A DNA stretch of 61,908 bases, filler included, from Basidiobolus meristosporus CBS 931.73 (taxonomy: Eukaryota; Fungi; Basidiobolomycota): NCBI GenBank assembly GCA_002104905.1. It is 3 parts of 3 records of this genome, joined end to end, with 100 filler letters (N's around TTAATTAATTAA, not from the genome) between each part and the next. Parts side by side here need not be neighbours in the genome. Positions count along the whole stretch, not along the records: positions 28,266 to 51,143 come from MCFE01000970.1; positions 51,244 to 61,908 come from MCFE01001298.1; 1 more part is not named here. One strand, 5' to 3'. This document shows positions 46,375 through 58,215 of the stretch, in pieces; the first letter of the stretch is position 1, and the number at the start of each line of letters is the position of its first letter. Both the position numbers and the translations under genes were made by a program. The notes below the pieces were generated by a model that was given only the letters and a program-made list of their open reading frames with translations, had not been told where the DNA came from and did not search any database.

Positions 46375-47152
46375 AACAAAATGACTAATTGTCTTTCTCT
46401 GCAAGCTCTTTTACCTCAATGGAGTGTAGCCTAACTGGCTGTACTTGCAACTCTTGTGAGAATAGCTGATGTCTTATTGGTACATCTTTGTGGCAATTGT
46501 GCATTTGAGCCTGCTGTGGGCTGACAGCATCAATCAGTCAGAACTCTAGCTTTTTCTCCTGTTTCTCTGTAGCTTGATTTTTGAACTACCACCATTAACC
46601 TTTGTTGTGACCTGATCTTTCACTGCTACCTTGACTGAGTGCTGATTGTATTATACTAGGTTTTCTCCTTGATAAATGCTGCACTGGTGCATATATTTCC
46701 ACCTGCTTGCCCCTTTCTGGCACACTTCCAGCTACCTGAGGCTTCTTTGCCCCTGGTCTTAAGCTTTGAGCTCTGCTTGTGACCAGCTCATGAGAAACTG
46801 CTGAATCTTATCAATGGCTGGTCCTTCACAGCTACTTTTGCTGAGTGCCTCTTGAATCAAATTACATCTCTTCCTTCTTGTATACTGCACAGGCCAATTA
46901 GTTCTTGCCTGCTTCACCCTTGCCTGCACTCCTCCAGCTATCTGATGTTACTTTGCAGCTTATACAGAGCTTTCAGCCACACTTATAAGAGGTTCTTGGG
47001 TAGCTACTAGCTTTTAGCTGTGGCACTGTTGTTCTTCTGCCTTTAACAGTTTCTGATATTTATGAGATACTTTTTTGGCATGCCATTCATGGCCCAAAAT
47101 CCAATGTTTGCTTATAGCCAGGATAATACATGTAGAACAGGCCAAGTACATT
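46375..47152 (-). mobile_element. Older, diverged CMC ORF2 fragment
   Basis: Contains two ORF2 repeat units and the GGCCCAAAATCCA...GGAT..TG...GAACAGGCCAAGT segment; cut at 47152 by another CMC terminus. Confidence 0.7.
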
Positions 47153-49781
47153 TCCAATGAAAAATAATTGCAATGACCCTGTCAAAAGGCTGTCACAAAG
47201 TTGAGTTCTGCAACAACAAGGTACCAATCCTATCTGAACACCAGGCAAAGATGGTTGCAATATAATGCGCCTAGATTTTACAAAAATTTATTCCAAATTC
47301 ATCATCACAGCAAAGCATATGTAGCATTTGATTAGTCCTCTGCCAATTCTATCTCTTTCTGATCCTCAGCACTCAATCACCTCCTATGTTTGTGTGTAAT
47401 GATTGGCTGTGGCCTCTTTTTCATACTCCTTATTTCCTGACTCAACCAATTCTCTTACTTTTCATACCTATGAATTGATTTATTACCATCAAACTTCAGC
47501 TGGACCTCAATTGCCAGTTGAATCAACGTACATAAGTCCATATACCCAAGACTAACCTTATGCCTAACCCTGCACTCCACAAGTAACTCCATCAAAATCC
47601 ACCAATCAACATGAATTTCTACTGTAGAGCCCTTTTGCTGTGACTTTGGTGGGAATTCTGTGGCTTTGTGCCACTGTTTATTCACTGGTTCCCATATGTC
47701 CAGGTCTTCAGCCAGCACTGCAAGGTCTAGCACCTCCTCCTCCAGTCATTTTAGTAGAGCCCTGCAAAATTCTAGTGTGTATTCTGGAGCACTGCTCTTG
47801 AAGAAGTGCTGCAACCTCTTAGTGTGCCTACAAATATTTACAAGTTGCAATGTAGGCTTTGTGATAGTCTTTGAGTTCTTGATTTTGTGGTGTGTCTGCC
47901 CGTAGGATCTCTACCCTTTCTACAATGGAGTATGTGGAGGCAGCAGTAAACTGATTGCTTTCTCTGAAAGCTCATCTACCTCAGTGGAGTATAGCTCTAC
48001 TGGCTGTGCTTCCAATTCTTAGGAAAACAGCTTCTGTCCTGTTAGTAATTCCTCTTAGCTGTGATGGGATTCTGCATGTTCTGCATTGACAGTGTTAATT
48101 GGTGAGAACTGCAGCTTTTTCCCACACTTCCCTGTCTCTGGCATTGGTGGATCTTATTCTCCTTACCTCTACCTTTATCACTGCCAAGTCATTCATTGCT
48201 TCCTTGACTGAGTGCTTTGTGTATTGTACTCTGTTTTTCCTTCATAGGTACTGCACTAGTGCATCTGCTTTTGCCTGCTTATTCCTTGCTGCCACTCTCC
48301 TGGCAATCTGAGGTTTTGTTGCTGCTTGCTTGGAACTTCCAGCCCTGCTTATAGCAGGCTCATGAGAAAGCCACAGGCTTTTATTACTGCCCAGTCTTTT
48401 GCTGCTACTGTGACCAAGTGCTACTTGTATTGTACATTGTTTTCTCCTTGACAAATGCTGCACTGGCTCATCTGTTTTAGCCTGCTTGTCCCTTACCAGC
48501 ACTGTCCTAGCAATCTGAAGTGACTTTACTGCTTGCTTGGGACTTCCAGCCATGCTTGTGACAAGTACCTGAGGAAGCTGCAGGCTTTCTTAGCTATCAA
48601 GTGCTTTGCTGCTACAGAGACTGAATGCTTTGTGTATTGAATTATATTTTTTCCTTAATAAATGCTGCACCAATGCATCTGTTTCTGCCTGCCTGTCCCT
48701 TGCTGGCATGCTTCTGGCTACCTGACATTTCTTTGCCACTTGTGTGGAGCTTTCAGCCTTGCTTGTGGCAAGCTCTTAGGGATTCCACTGATTTTTAGTC
48801 ATGGCACTCAATTTCTTCTGCCACTGATAGTGTCTGCTTTTTTTGAGATATGTTCTCAGTATAGCAATGGTGGCCCAAAATCTGTTTGCTTGCTTGAATC
48901 CCGAATGATGTTCATGGAACAGGCCAAGTGCATTCTGCTTGGCCTTCAGTTCCTGATGGTCCCATGGTATACCAGCCTTAAGGTGATGCCATGCTAGACC
49001 TCAAATGGTCGCTTGAATATTAGCCCACTATTCATCATTGCACTTAGCAGCTTCACAGATCTTCAATTTCTTGTGATTTTTAGACTTAGGTATAAGCACT
49101 AGAGTCTCTCCCTCACATGCCGTGATAGACTTTTCCAAAGGCTTTATCTTTAGGCGCTGTTCTTGTGCTTCAAAGACTGCAAAGTGTTCCTATGCTATTA
49201 CACCAAGAAATGGCTCAATTCTTGGCTGTAGCTTTGAGCTACTTGAGTTCCTTCTTTGCAACAAAGTTATGCATTCTCTACCAGGGATGTTGATTGCTCC
49301 ACATTTATAATCCACTTATTTCTGGACTATTTCCTAATTACATGAGGTCATTGCATCTTTCCTATCAGCCACTGTACCTAATTGCCTCATTAATGGTTTG
49401 GTATGAGCCAACAACATACTTGCTAATGCAGGTGGTGGTGATACTTTGACAGCCACTTGCTGGTCTTCAAGCAAAGGTACTGCATTTGCTAGATTCTGAT
49501 CTGCCTGTGCATTATGGTAAGCTTGCAACTCTGCAGGTATTCCCAATTGCCTACTTGACTGAGTACCTAAGGAGCCTGCATTATTACCTACAGTGGGCAC
49601 ACTGTCAATATGGTCTTTTTTGAATATAGCTCAGCTTGTTGCACTGAATGTCAAAGCAAGCTGTTTTCCAACTGTTCTTCTGATACTTTCAACAAGGGGG
49701 CTTGGTTGGGTACTGGGCAACTTGGCTTTATATTTTGGCAGCATTTATACAGAGGTGAGTCAAATTAGAGAATGGTGTTAC
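47153..49781 (-). mobile_element. CMC element ORF2-side half with degenerate TIR; ORF2 carries three internal repeats
   Basis: TCCAATGAAAAATAAT at 47153; ORF2 from ~49744 (MLPKYKAKL) to ~47455; truncated by the Gypsy-2 LTR. Confidence 0.8.
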
Positions 49782-51143
49782 TGTTACAAGTCTTGGTATA
49801 AGAGTTGTAGAAGAATAGGGAGTTTAGCTAGTATTGTATTCCCTAAAACTTGAACTGATTTTTATTGAGGTTCCAGCGGCTCCTTATATACATTTTGCCA
49901 GATCAATTGCTGACTAATTGTATTTCCTAATGTAGGTTGTAGATGATGACTCATTTGATTGCATCATCATCACCCAATAAGACCATACTTAGTATATCTA
50001 TTTCTGTCTGATAAGGATCTGCTGATTCATTTGCAGACTAATGCTACTGATTTGATAGATAATACTGATATACTGATAACCTAAACACATACTAATTGAT
50101 TTGACTAAAAACTGATCTAACTTAAACATTCAAGCGGCAGATTGGAACATTCTCCCCTGCTAAAGTTGAGAGGGTTCTCCTGAATCTCTTTTCTTGTGAT
50201 ACCAATATCTTGATGGTTCAGTATTATCAGCAAGTCTTGCAAGCTTGAGTCTGTCCCTATGCACTAAGTCTTCCTGGATATTGCCTTATTTGTCCACCAG
50301 TTGGTAAGTTGCAAATGGACATTATCTGATGATCTTGAATGATCCTGTCCATTGTGGCTCAAACTTCTTCCAAGTGTTGTTTCTTAGCAATACAAAGTTC
50401 CCAACTGTCAATGCTTCTGGTGCTATAGTCTTATCAAATCTCTGCTCCATCTTTTCTGCACTTTGAGATGCTTTGGTCTGTGCCTCTTGACGTCTTTGTT
50501 CCAGTTGCTGGTGTCTACTTGGCTGACTGAGTTCATCTTCTAAGGCCTCTGTAAGCTTTGGTTGTGTGAGATCTCCTGGAATCCTTGGTTCACATCCATA
50601 CACTAAGTAAAATGGTGATTGCTGGGTGGTGTTGTGTACTCTGACTCTGCATGCAAAGAGTGCTTGGTCTACATACTCATCCCATCTACTGACAACTCCA
50701 TTTGCATACTTAGTCAGCATTTTTTCAAATAATCCATTGAACCACTCAGTGACTCCATTAGTTCTGGGTGATATGCCAAGGTTTTAAGTGTCTGATCTGC
50801 TGCATTCCCGGCTAAGCCTCTAATGTCTTTGCCATAATGTTTGCTCCTCTATCAGATAAGATCTCCACAGGGCATCCAAACTTTATCAGGATCTCATGGT
50901 AAATGAAACTTGCAACTTCTTGTTTGCTGGCTATTGGTACAGCTTTAGCAACTGGCCATTTAGTGGCATGGTCAATTGCTATTAAGATCCAACGGTTGCA
51001 TTTCCTGGTAGTTGGCAGTCTTCCAATAAAGTCAATTCCCTATCTTTCAGATGGTCTTACAGGCTCTAAGGGAAAGAGTTTGGCAATTATCTGTGATTGG
51101 CTTTGGTTGATTTGGCAATTTGGACATGTTCTCACTAGCTTCT
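49782..51143 (-). mobile_element. pol: Gypsy-2 3' end: integrase, PPT and 3' LTR (49782-50149); runs into the gap
   Basis: GIDFIGRLP, AIDHATKW, RWDEYVDQALFACR, SPFYLVYG, GPY/F-type KKFEPQWTGSF; PPT GCAGGGGAGAA abuts the LTR. Confidence 0.9.
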
Positions 51144-51243
51144 NNNNNNNNNNNNNNNNNNNNNNNNNNNNNNNNNNNNNNNNNNNNTTAATTAATTAAN
51201 NNNNNNNNNNNNNNNNNNNNNNNNNNNNNNNNNNNNNNNNNNN
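51144..51243. other. 100-nt scaffold gap with TTAATTAATTAA linker (51188-51199)
   Basis: N run with the same linker as the first gap. Confidence 0.97.
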
Positions 51244-51534
51244 GTATCTCAAACGGCTGATATAGACTGAAATGCCCCACAATCAGCTTGGCCATTGGTA
51301 TAGACATATTTATGATAAGCAAATGCATTGCTCTCAGTGGGAAGCTTTTGCTCCAGCAGATACCTTCTATTTTAAGTTTTTAGTGTTCATTTAATCCCAT
51401 ATTCTGGCCAATGACTTGTAGCTTTGCAGCTTTGTTACAATTGCATGCTGACTTCTGTACACTCACCCTGTGGGAAGATGATATTCTCAATATCAATGTT
51501 TGGAAGATATAAAATGTGTGAGTTATGAAGTAAG
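51244..51534 (-). pseudogene. CMC transposase fragment
   Basis: Reverse complement matches 35140-35420 (GCAAATGCATTGCTC...GGAAAGCTTTTGCTCCA). Confidence 0.75.
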
Positions 51535-53013
51535 TGTTGTAAGAGTCTTGGAGATATTGGAGGTGATTGGGAGAATGTGTAGATTACATGGTTTTTCACT
51601 TAATGGTTCATTGAATGTAAATGTAATATTTATACTAGTACATAGTATTGGTATAACAAATGTGTAGAATAGGTTTACAATGGTCCCAAGAGCATGTGTG
51701 CAAAGCTTGGTGCTATTTGAGCAACTTTGAGAACTTCCATGTTCTGGGTATCTGATATTTTGGTAAGATATTACGTAAATCCAAATAAGGAGTTTGGTCA
51801 GTTATTCTCTAAGATATGCAAGTCATATCCCAAGATACCAAGTTAGGTGAATATATAGGTGGAATTATAGGCCTGACAACACTTCTATGAAACTAGATTC
51901 TTATACTGACTAGTCCAAATTTTGACCCAATATATTCAAATTTGTTGCTAGCTTATGGTTTGGTAAATATGTCAACAATCATCTCATCTGTAGGGAGTAA
52001 GCTAAGTTAACCAAGATTTTTTCTATAGGTTTAGATATGAAATAATGTCTAATATCTGTGTGCCTAGTTCTAAAGTGAAAAGTTGGACTTCCACCTAATT
52101 GTATACCTCTGTGATTATCTTGAAACAAAGTAATAGGCATTTTTTGACACAGGCCTATATCTGTAAAAAGCTTTCTTAACCACATCACTTCTCTTGTAGC
52201 TTTGCAGGCTACTATATACAGCAATATGATTGGATCAACACTTCCGATTATGCTGGCTGACAACTCTCACTGAAGTTGAAATATCTGGATATGTTCCACC
52301 CTTGATATTCCATAGACTGCCAACCATGAACTGATAAGTAGAGTCTGGGCTTTTGGATGACTCCAAGTTCTTTTGATATGGTTGAGTTTTAACCAAGTTG
52401 AGATTTGTCTCCATTGGGGTGGCTGCCAGTTTAGAGTTTTTGTGTTTAAGACTTCTTCAGTATATATTTAATACAACTGGACTGGCTCAGGGTGATAGTC
52501 ATGGTACTCTGTGTATGGCTAACTTTATCTTTAAGTGGTAAATGAGTTCTCCTAGTTTGGACATATTAAGCTCTTTGGGTAGGCTGGATTCAGTCTGTTC
52601 CAGTGTTTGTAGATTAATGATAGCTATAATAAGATCATCCACCTATAGAGCTAATAGAATTAAGATTGCTCTATCTGACTAAAAGTATGTACTAGTGTTA
52701 GCATTACTTCTTTTGAACCCCAAATACTCCAAATAGGAAAATATCCTGCAGCTCCAGGCTCTTGGTGACACCCTAAGTCCATATAGAGACTTTTAAGCTT
52801 GCAGACCAAATGGGGGTTATCTGGGTCAGCAAGCTCATCCTGCTGTTTGGTATGCTCATCCTCATCAAGTTCTCTGGTCAGATATGTAAATATATCTGTT
52901 TGACATAAAAAACTTATATTTGGTTGCAATAGCAAATGCTAATCTGATGGATTTAAGCTTTGCAGCTGGTTCAAGGGTCTCAGTATAGTCAGGTCCTCTT
53001 CTTCGAGAGTATA
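51535..53013 (-). mobile_element. Degenerate Copia-1 3' half: 3' LTR 51535-51881, RNase H, RT
   Basis: LTR matches 40136-40484; internal text collinear with 40500-41850 with deletions; cut by Copia-2 at 53014. Confidence 0.85.
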
Positions 53014-54830
53014 TGTTCAAATATTGGCTATTTGGCGTCATTCAGCCGTTAAAAATTAATTAACAATTCTGGACTAGTCTTGGCCACTGTAGGACTAGCT
53101 TACAGCCCTAAGTTTGCCACTTTCTTCAAATCAATGATCCTGTGATTATTCCCCTATAATCCAGATCAAATAAGTGCTTTTTCCAAACATTATGTACTAA
53201 CCCTGAAACTATTACAGATACTCCTGAGTGTTGAAAAGCTCTCTGTACTCAGTGTTACAGTAGTATTGCTTCTACAAAGATATAAATACAAAATCTCCTT
53301 ATGACTAAACGGCAGTTCAACTACTATCACTATTTCTTGATAAGCTCCTTATATTCAAATCATTTCTTAGGTTGCAACAGGTGATGAGCACTGGTTACCT
53401 TAATCAAATCTAAAGATGACGTATACCAGCAAAGAGAATAATGCAATCATCTTCCCTGTAAAGTCAAGGTTTGAAGAGAAGAGCTACAGACTTTGGAAAA
53501 TCCAGATCCAGATCCACCTTGAGGAAAAAAAGCTTTGGAATATGGTGATGGGAACAGATGTTGAGCCAAAAGAAACTGCAGAAGAAGTGGAGAAGTTTCA
53601 AGCAAAGGAGAGAAAAGCCTTCAATGCCATATGTATCAATGTGAAAAATTCCTTCATTGGACAAATTCATGTTTCAAATACTGCCAAAGCAGTATGGAAA
53701 CCCTTGTACAAGACCTTTAAAGCAAAGTCAGTACCAAGCAAGCTTTATGCAAAACAAAAATCTTCAATAAGAGTCAGAAACTAGATGATGACATGCCACA
53801 ACTCATTACCAGAATGAAGACACTTTCAGAAAGACTTAACAGCATTAATGCTTGTATAGATGATGAAGAAAAGATGCTCCGTCTGCTTTTCAGCACAACA
53901 GACAAGTATGATACACTCATTTTTTTTAAAAACAGTGACAACTATCAGGCTCCTGACTGTGTCATAGGAAGACTTCCCCATGAAGAACTCAGATATAATG
54001 ATAAGCAGAGGAAATTGAAGATAATGCTCTATTCAGCTGAGAAGGGGACATGGAAAAGACAGTAAAGCAACAAAACCAACAAAAACCAGGTTGCAGTAAC
54101 TACTTTAAGAAACCAGGACACTGGGCAAGCTAATGCAAGTTGAAACAAGCAGACAAAAAGCAGAAACTAGAGCAGGCTAATCATAAAACTGCTGAAGGAC
54201 AGTTATTTGTCACTGTACAACTAGGTGGAGGTAACTAATATAATGAATAGTATATTGACTATGAGGCATAATGGCATATTTGCCATATAAAGGAGTGCTT
54301 CAGCAAATTAAAGACTATTTTTATAAGAAAGATTTATCTGGGAGACAACTCAACCCTGGAAGCTACTTTCAGTGGGTCTATACAGATATATAAGAGTGAT
54401 ATCTCAGGGGCAACAACAGCAACACTGACTGACGTACTCTTTGTGCCTGGAGTAGCTAAGAACCTACTCTCAGTCAGTAAAGCAATTGCTTAAAAATTAA
54501 AGTTTGCTTTTACTGAGCTGAGCTGCTCAATATTGGATGAAAATGGACAAAAATTGGCACTGGGAGCTGGAGATTATGATAAATACAAGTTACTATGCAT
54601 AATCATTTGCCTGAGTATGTCAACATTGCTAAAATCAAACAAGCTAAGTGGGAGACATGGTATAGGAGACTAGAACACATTGAGGAGCAGAAAATGAGCC
54701 AACTGGTGAAAACTCAACATGTTTTGAGCCTAAATTACTCAATTTTAATCTGATTGAGTGTCTGGAAACAATGTTCATATGGTAAACAACCTAAGCAATG
54801 ATTCAGGTGCTCAGGAGGCACTCACACCAC
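53014..54830 (+). mobile_element. gag: Copia-2 5' half: LTR 53014-53379, degenerate PBS GGTGATGAGCAC, gag, protease, pre-integrase
   Basis: LTR homologous to 13178-13545; gag FEEKSYRLWKIQIQIHLEEKKLWNMV matches the 16845 region. Confidence 0.88.
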
Positions 54831-54989
54831 CAAGATATTTGCTTGTAGTTAGGGTCAGGCACTTGGTCTGTATCCTTACCATGCCTGAAGTGGAGCAGAA
54901 TCACAAAGTATTTGGTTGGACCTCCTACTTTAGGATATACTGCTGTGGCAACTTTTTCTGCCCATGAATTAGAACAATGTTTGATTATG

Positions 54990-55960
54990 TATTAAAATCA
55001 GTTGTAAAATCACGTATTGCTGTTGTTGGGCATCTGTTCTTGATGTGAACTGCGGTAGCAACAGATTAAGCCCAAAACTTGTAGTCCATTCCCTTATCAT
55101 GTAGGATAGATCTTCTTATCTCTACTATTGTTCTATTTGCATGTTCTGATACTCCATTTTGCCGTGAAGTATGAGGAAATGTGGTCTGGTGAAGTACACC
55201 AGTAGATGAGCAGTATTTTGCAAACTCCCTTGAACCGTACACTCCTCCATTGTCACTTTATAGTAGCTTCAATATACACCCAGGTTGTGTTTCTGCCATT
55301 TTCTTGAAGTGCTTAAACATCTCTCAAGCTTCATCCTTTGTTTTGAGGAAGTACACCCATGTATATCTTGTTTTGTTGTCAATACATCATCAAGTATCTC
55401 ATGGCTCCAAAGGACAGTGTTCTCATGGGGCCACATATGTCTAAGTGTACAATAGCCAATATTTCAGTGGTATTGATGCCTTCTGAGCTCTTGAAATGTT
55501 GCCTAGCTTATTTGTAATATTTGCATTCCTTACAAACATTCAACTTGATTGGAATTTAGTATTTTAGGCCCAAATCAAGCTGATTTTTCACCAATTTGCT
55601 AATTTTCTTTTCCCCAATGTGTCCTAGCCTCCTATGCCATGTCTCCTAGTTAGTTTCATCAGCTTCAGCAATGTTGACATACTCAGGTACAATAATCTTG
55701 CATTGTAACTTGTATATATATTGTGATCTCTGATTCCCAAAGCTAATTTTTGTCCATTTTCACTCATTATTGAGCAGCTCATCTTAGTATAAACAAGTTT
55801 CAGTCCCTGAGCAGTTACTTTGCTGACTGAGAGTAGGTTCTTAGCCATTCCAGGTACATAGAGTATGTCAGTCAGTCTTGCTGTTGTTGCCCCTGAGCTA
55901 TTGCTCATATTTAGTTGTATAGATCCACTTGCTTCAGTAGACCGTTTTAATAAATACATC
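54990..55960 (-). pseudogene. Second Copia-2 fragment (protease to integrase), convergent with the previous one
   Basis: Collinear with 15110-16050; LTDILYVPGMAKNLLSVSK. Confidence 0.82.
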
Positions 55961-56170
55961 ACACATTTAACTTGAAATGCCCCATGGGAAGTTGGTCATT
56001 AGTGTAGTGATATTGATGCAAAGCAAATGCATTGCTCATAGTGGAATACTCATGCTCCAGCAGATACCCTTCATTTTATTCAAATATTCTGGCCAATGGT
56101 CTATAACTTGCCAACTTTGCTGTAGCTGCATTTGGACTTGTGAGTGCTCTCTCTGTAGGAAGATCGTGTA
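55961..56170 (-). pseudogene. CMC transposase fragment
   Basis: GCAAAGCAAATGCATTGCTC...GCTCCAGCAGATACCC, the same region as 51244-51534. Confidence 0.7.
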
Positions 56171-56177
56171 AGTAATT

Positions 56178-58215
56178 GATTTGTCTAAAAGCTGATCTAA
56201 CTTGAGTATGATATACTGATAAGCTAAACATATAACTAATTTTATTGGACTAAAACCTGATCCAACTTAAACATTCAAGCAGCAGATCATAACATACTAA
56301 TATCTTGATGGTTCAGTATTGTTGGCAAGTCTTGCAAGTTTGAGTCTGTCTCTATGAACTAAACCATCCTGGATATTCCCTTAATTGTCCACTAGCTGGC
56401 AAGTTGCAAATGGACATTCTTTGATGATCTTAAAAGGTCATGTCCATTAGGGCGCAAACTTCTTCCAAGTATTGTTTCCCAGCAATACAAAGCTCCCAAC
56501 TGTCAATGCTTCCGGTGATATAGTCTTATTGGATCTCTGCTTCATCTTTTCTACATTTTGAGATACTTTGGCCTATGCCTCTTGACATCTTTGTTCCAGC
56601 TGCTGGTGTGTAGCTAGCTGACTGAGCTCATCTTCTGAGGCATCTGTACGCTATGGTTGTGTGGGATCACCTGGAATCCTTTGTTCACATCCATATACTA
56701 AGTAAAATGGCAAATGCTGGGTGGTGTTGTGTACTCTAACTCTGCATGCAAAAAGTGCTTGGTATATATACTCATCTCCACTACTGAGAGCTCCATTTGC
56801 ATACTTGGTCAGCATTCCTCCAAACAGTCCATTCAACCCCTCAGTACTCCATTAGGTCTAGGGTAATATACCAAGGTTTTCAAGTGTTTGATCTACTGCA
56901 TTTCCAGGTAAGCTTCCAATGTCTTTGCCATAAAGTTTGCTCTTCTATTATATAGAATTTCTACAGGGCATCCAAACTTCATAAGGATATCATGGTAAAT
57001 GAAACTTGCAACTTCTTGGTCACTGGCTACAGGTACTGCTTTAGCCACTGGCTGTTTAGTGCTATGGTCAATTACTACTAGGATCCAACTGTTGCATTTC
57101 CTAGTGGTTGGCAGACTTCCAATAAAGTCAATTTTCCTTCTTTCAAATGGACTTACAAGCTCCAAGGGTAGAGAGTTTGGCAGTTTTTTGTGGTTAGCCT
57201 TGGTTGATTTGACAATTTGAGCATGTTTTAACTGGCTTCTCAATGGCTTGTTGCACTCTAGGCAACATGATCTGGCTTTCACAGGGCTATAGGTTGCTTC
57301 AATTCTAAGATGTCCATATCAATGGTGTAGCTTATGTATTAAATCCAGGCAAGCAATATAAGGGTAATAGCCAATCTAATTCATGCACCAAGTTGGGTTG
57401 GGTAACCTGTTGTAATCTGGATAAGGCATCAGCAACTGTGCTGTTTTTCCCAAGGTAGTAGACAATCTCCAAATCAAACTGCTCAATTCATCTGGAGAAT
57501 ACCTTCTGAGTAAATTTATACTTGAGGGAGGCATAATCAGTCTTGACAGTGCATTTGACTCCTTCAATATGGCATTTCCATGTCTTCAAGCAGTGTATTA
57601 TAGCAAGCATCTCCTTTGCATGCGCTGGATAGTCTTGTTGTACTGAGTTCAGTTTCTTGAACTCAAGGGCAACTTGGTAGGCCTCTCCCTTGTGTTCTAG
57701 GCTCAACACTCCGCCAGTTGCATAATCTAAAGCATATGTGCAGAAAGTAAGCCTTTTCTGAAGTCAATTATTCTTAAGCTTGGCTGCTTTGCAAGTTCAT
57801 TCCTGAGGATCTGAAAGGCAGTCTCACAGGCTATGTCCCACTTCATGGTGTTGTCTTTCTTGAGATTATCAGTTAAAGGGACTGCAATACTTGCAAAGGA
57901 CTTGTCAAGTCTCCAGTAATAGGTAACCACTCCTAGGAATGATACAAGTTCTGATTTGCTATGGTGCTGCTTCAGATTCTTCATAACTTTGACCTTCTTA
58001 GGGCCTAAGGTCACTCCTGTGCTAGTCACTATATGTCCCAGATATTCAACATGTTCCTTGATGAATTCAAACTTGGCTAGCTTGCCATGTAGCTTATTCT
58101 CTTGTAGCTTCTTGAAAACCTTTCCAATATGCACAAAGTGATCCTCCTCTGTCTTGCTGTATATCAATATGTCATCTAGGAAGATTATCACAAACTTGTC
58201 TGAGTACTCATGGAA
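56178..58215 (-). mobile_element. pol: Gypsy fragment: partial Gypsy-2 LTR (56178-56294) abutting integrase, then RNase H and RT; cut by a CMC terminus at 58216
   Basis: IIFLDDILIYSK, YLGHIV, FLGVVTYY, KEMLAIIHCLKTW, KIDFIGSLP; integrase collinear with 50190-51140. Confidence 0.88.

Noticed and set aside
50160-50330. Chromodomain at the Gypsy-2 integrase C-terminus
   Set aside because: Only a GPY/F-type region and a short tail precede the PPT; no chromodomain residues (e.g. YLVKW.G) are visible.
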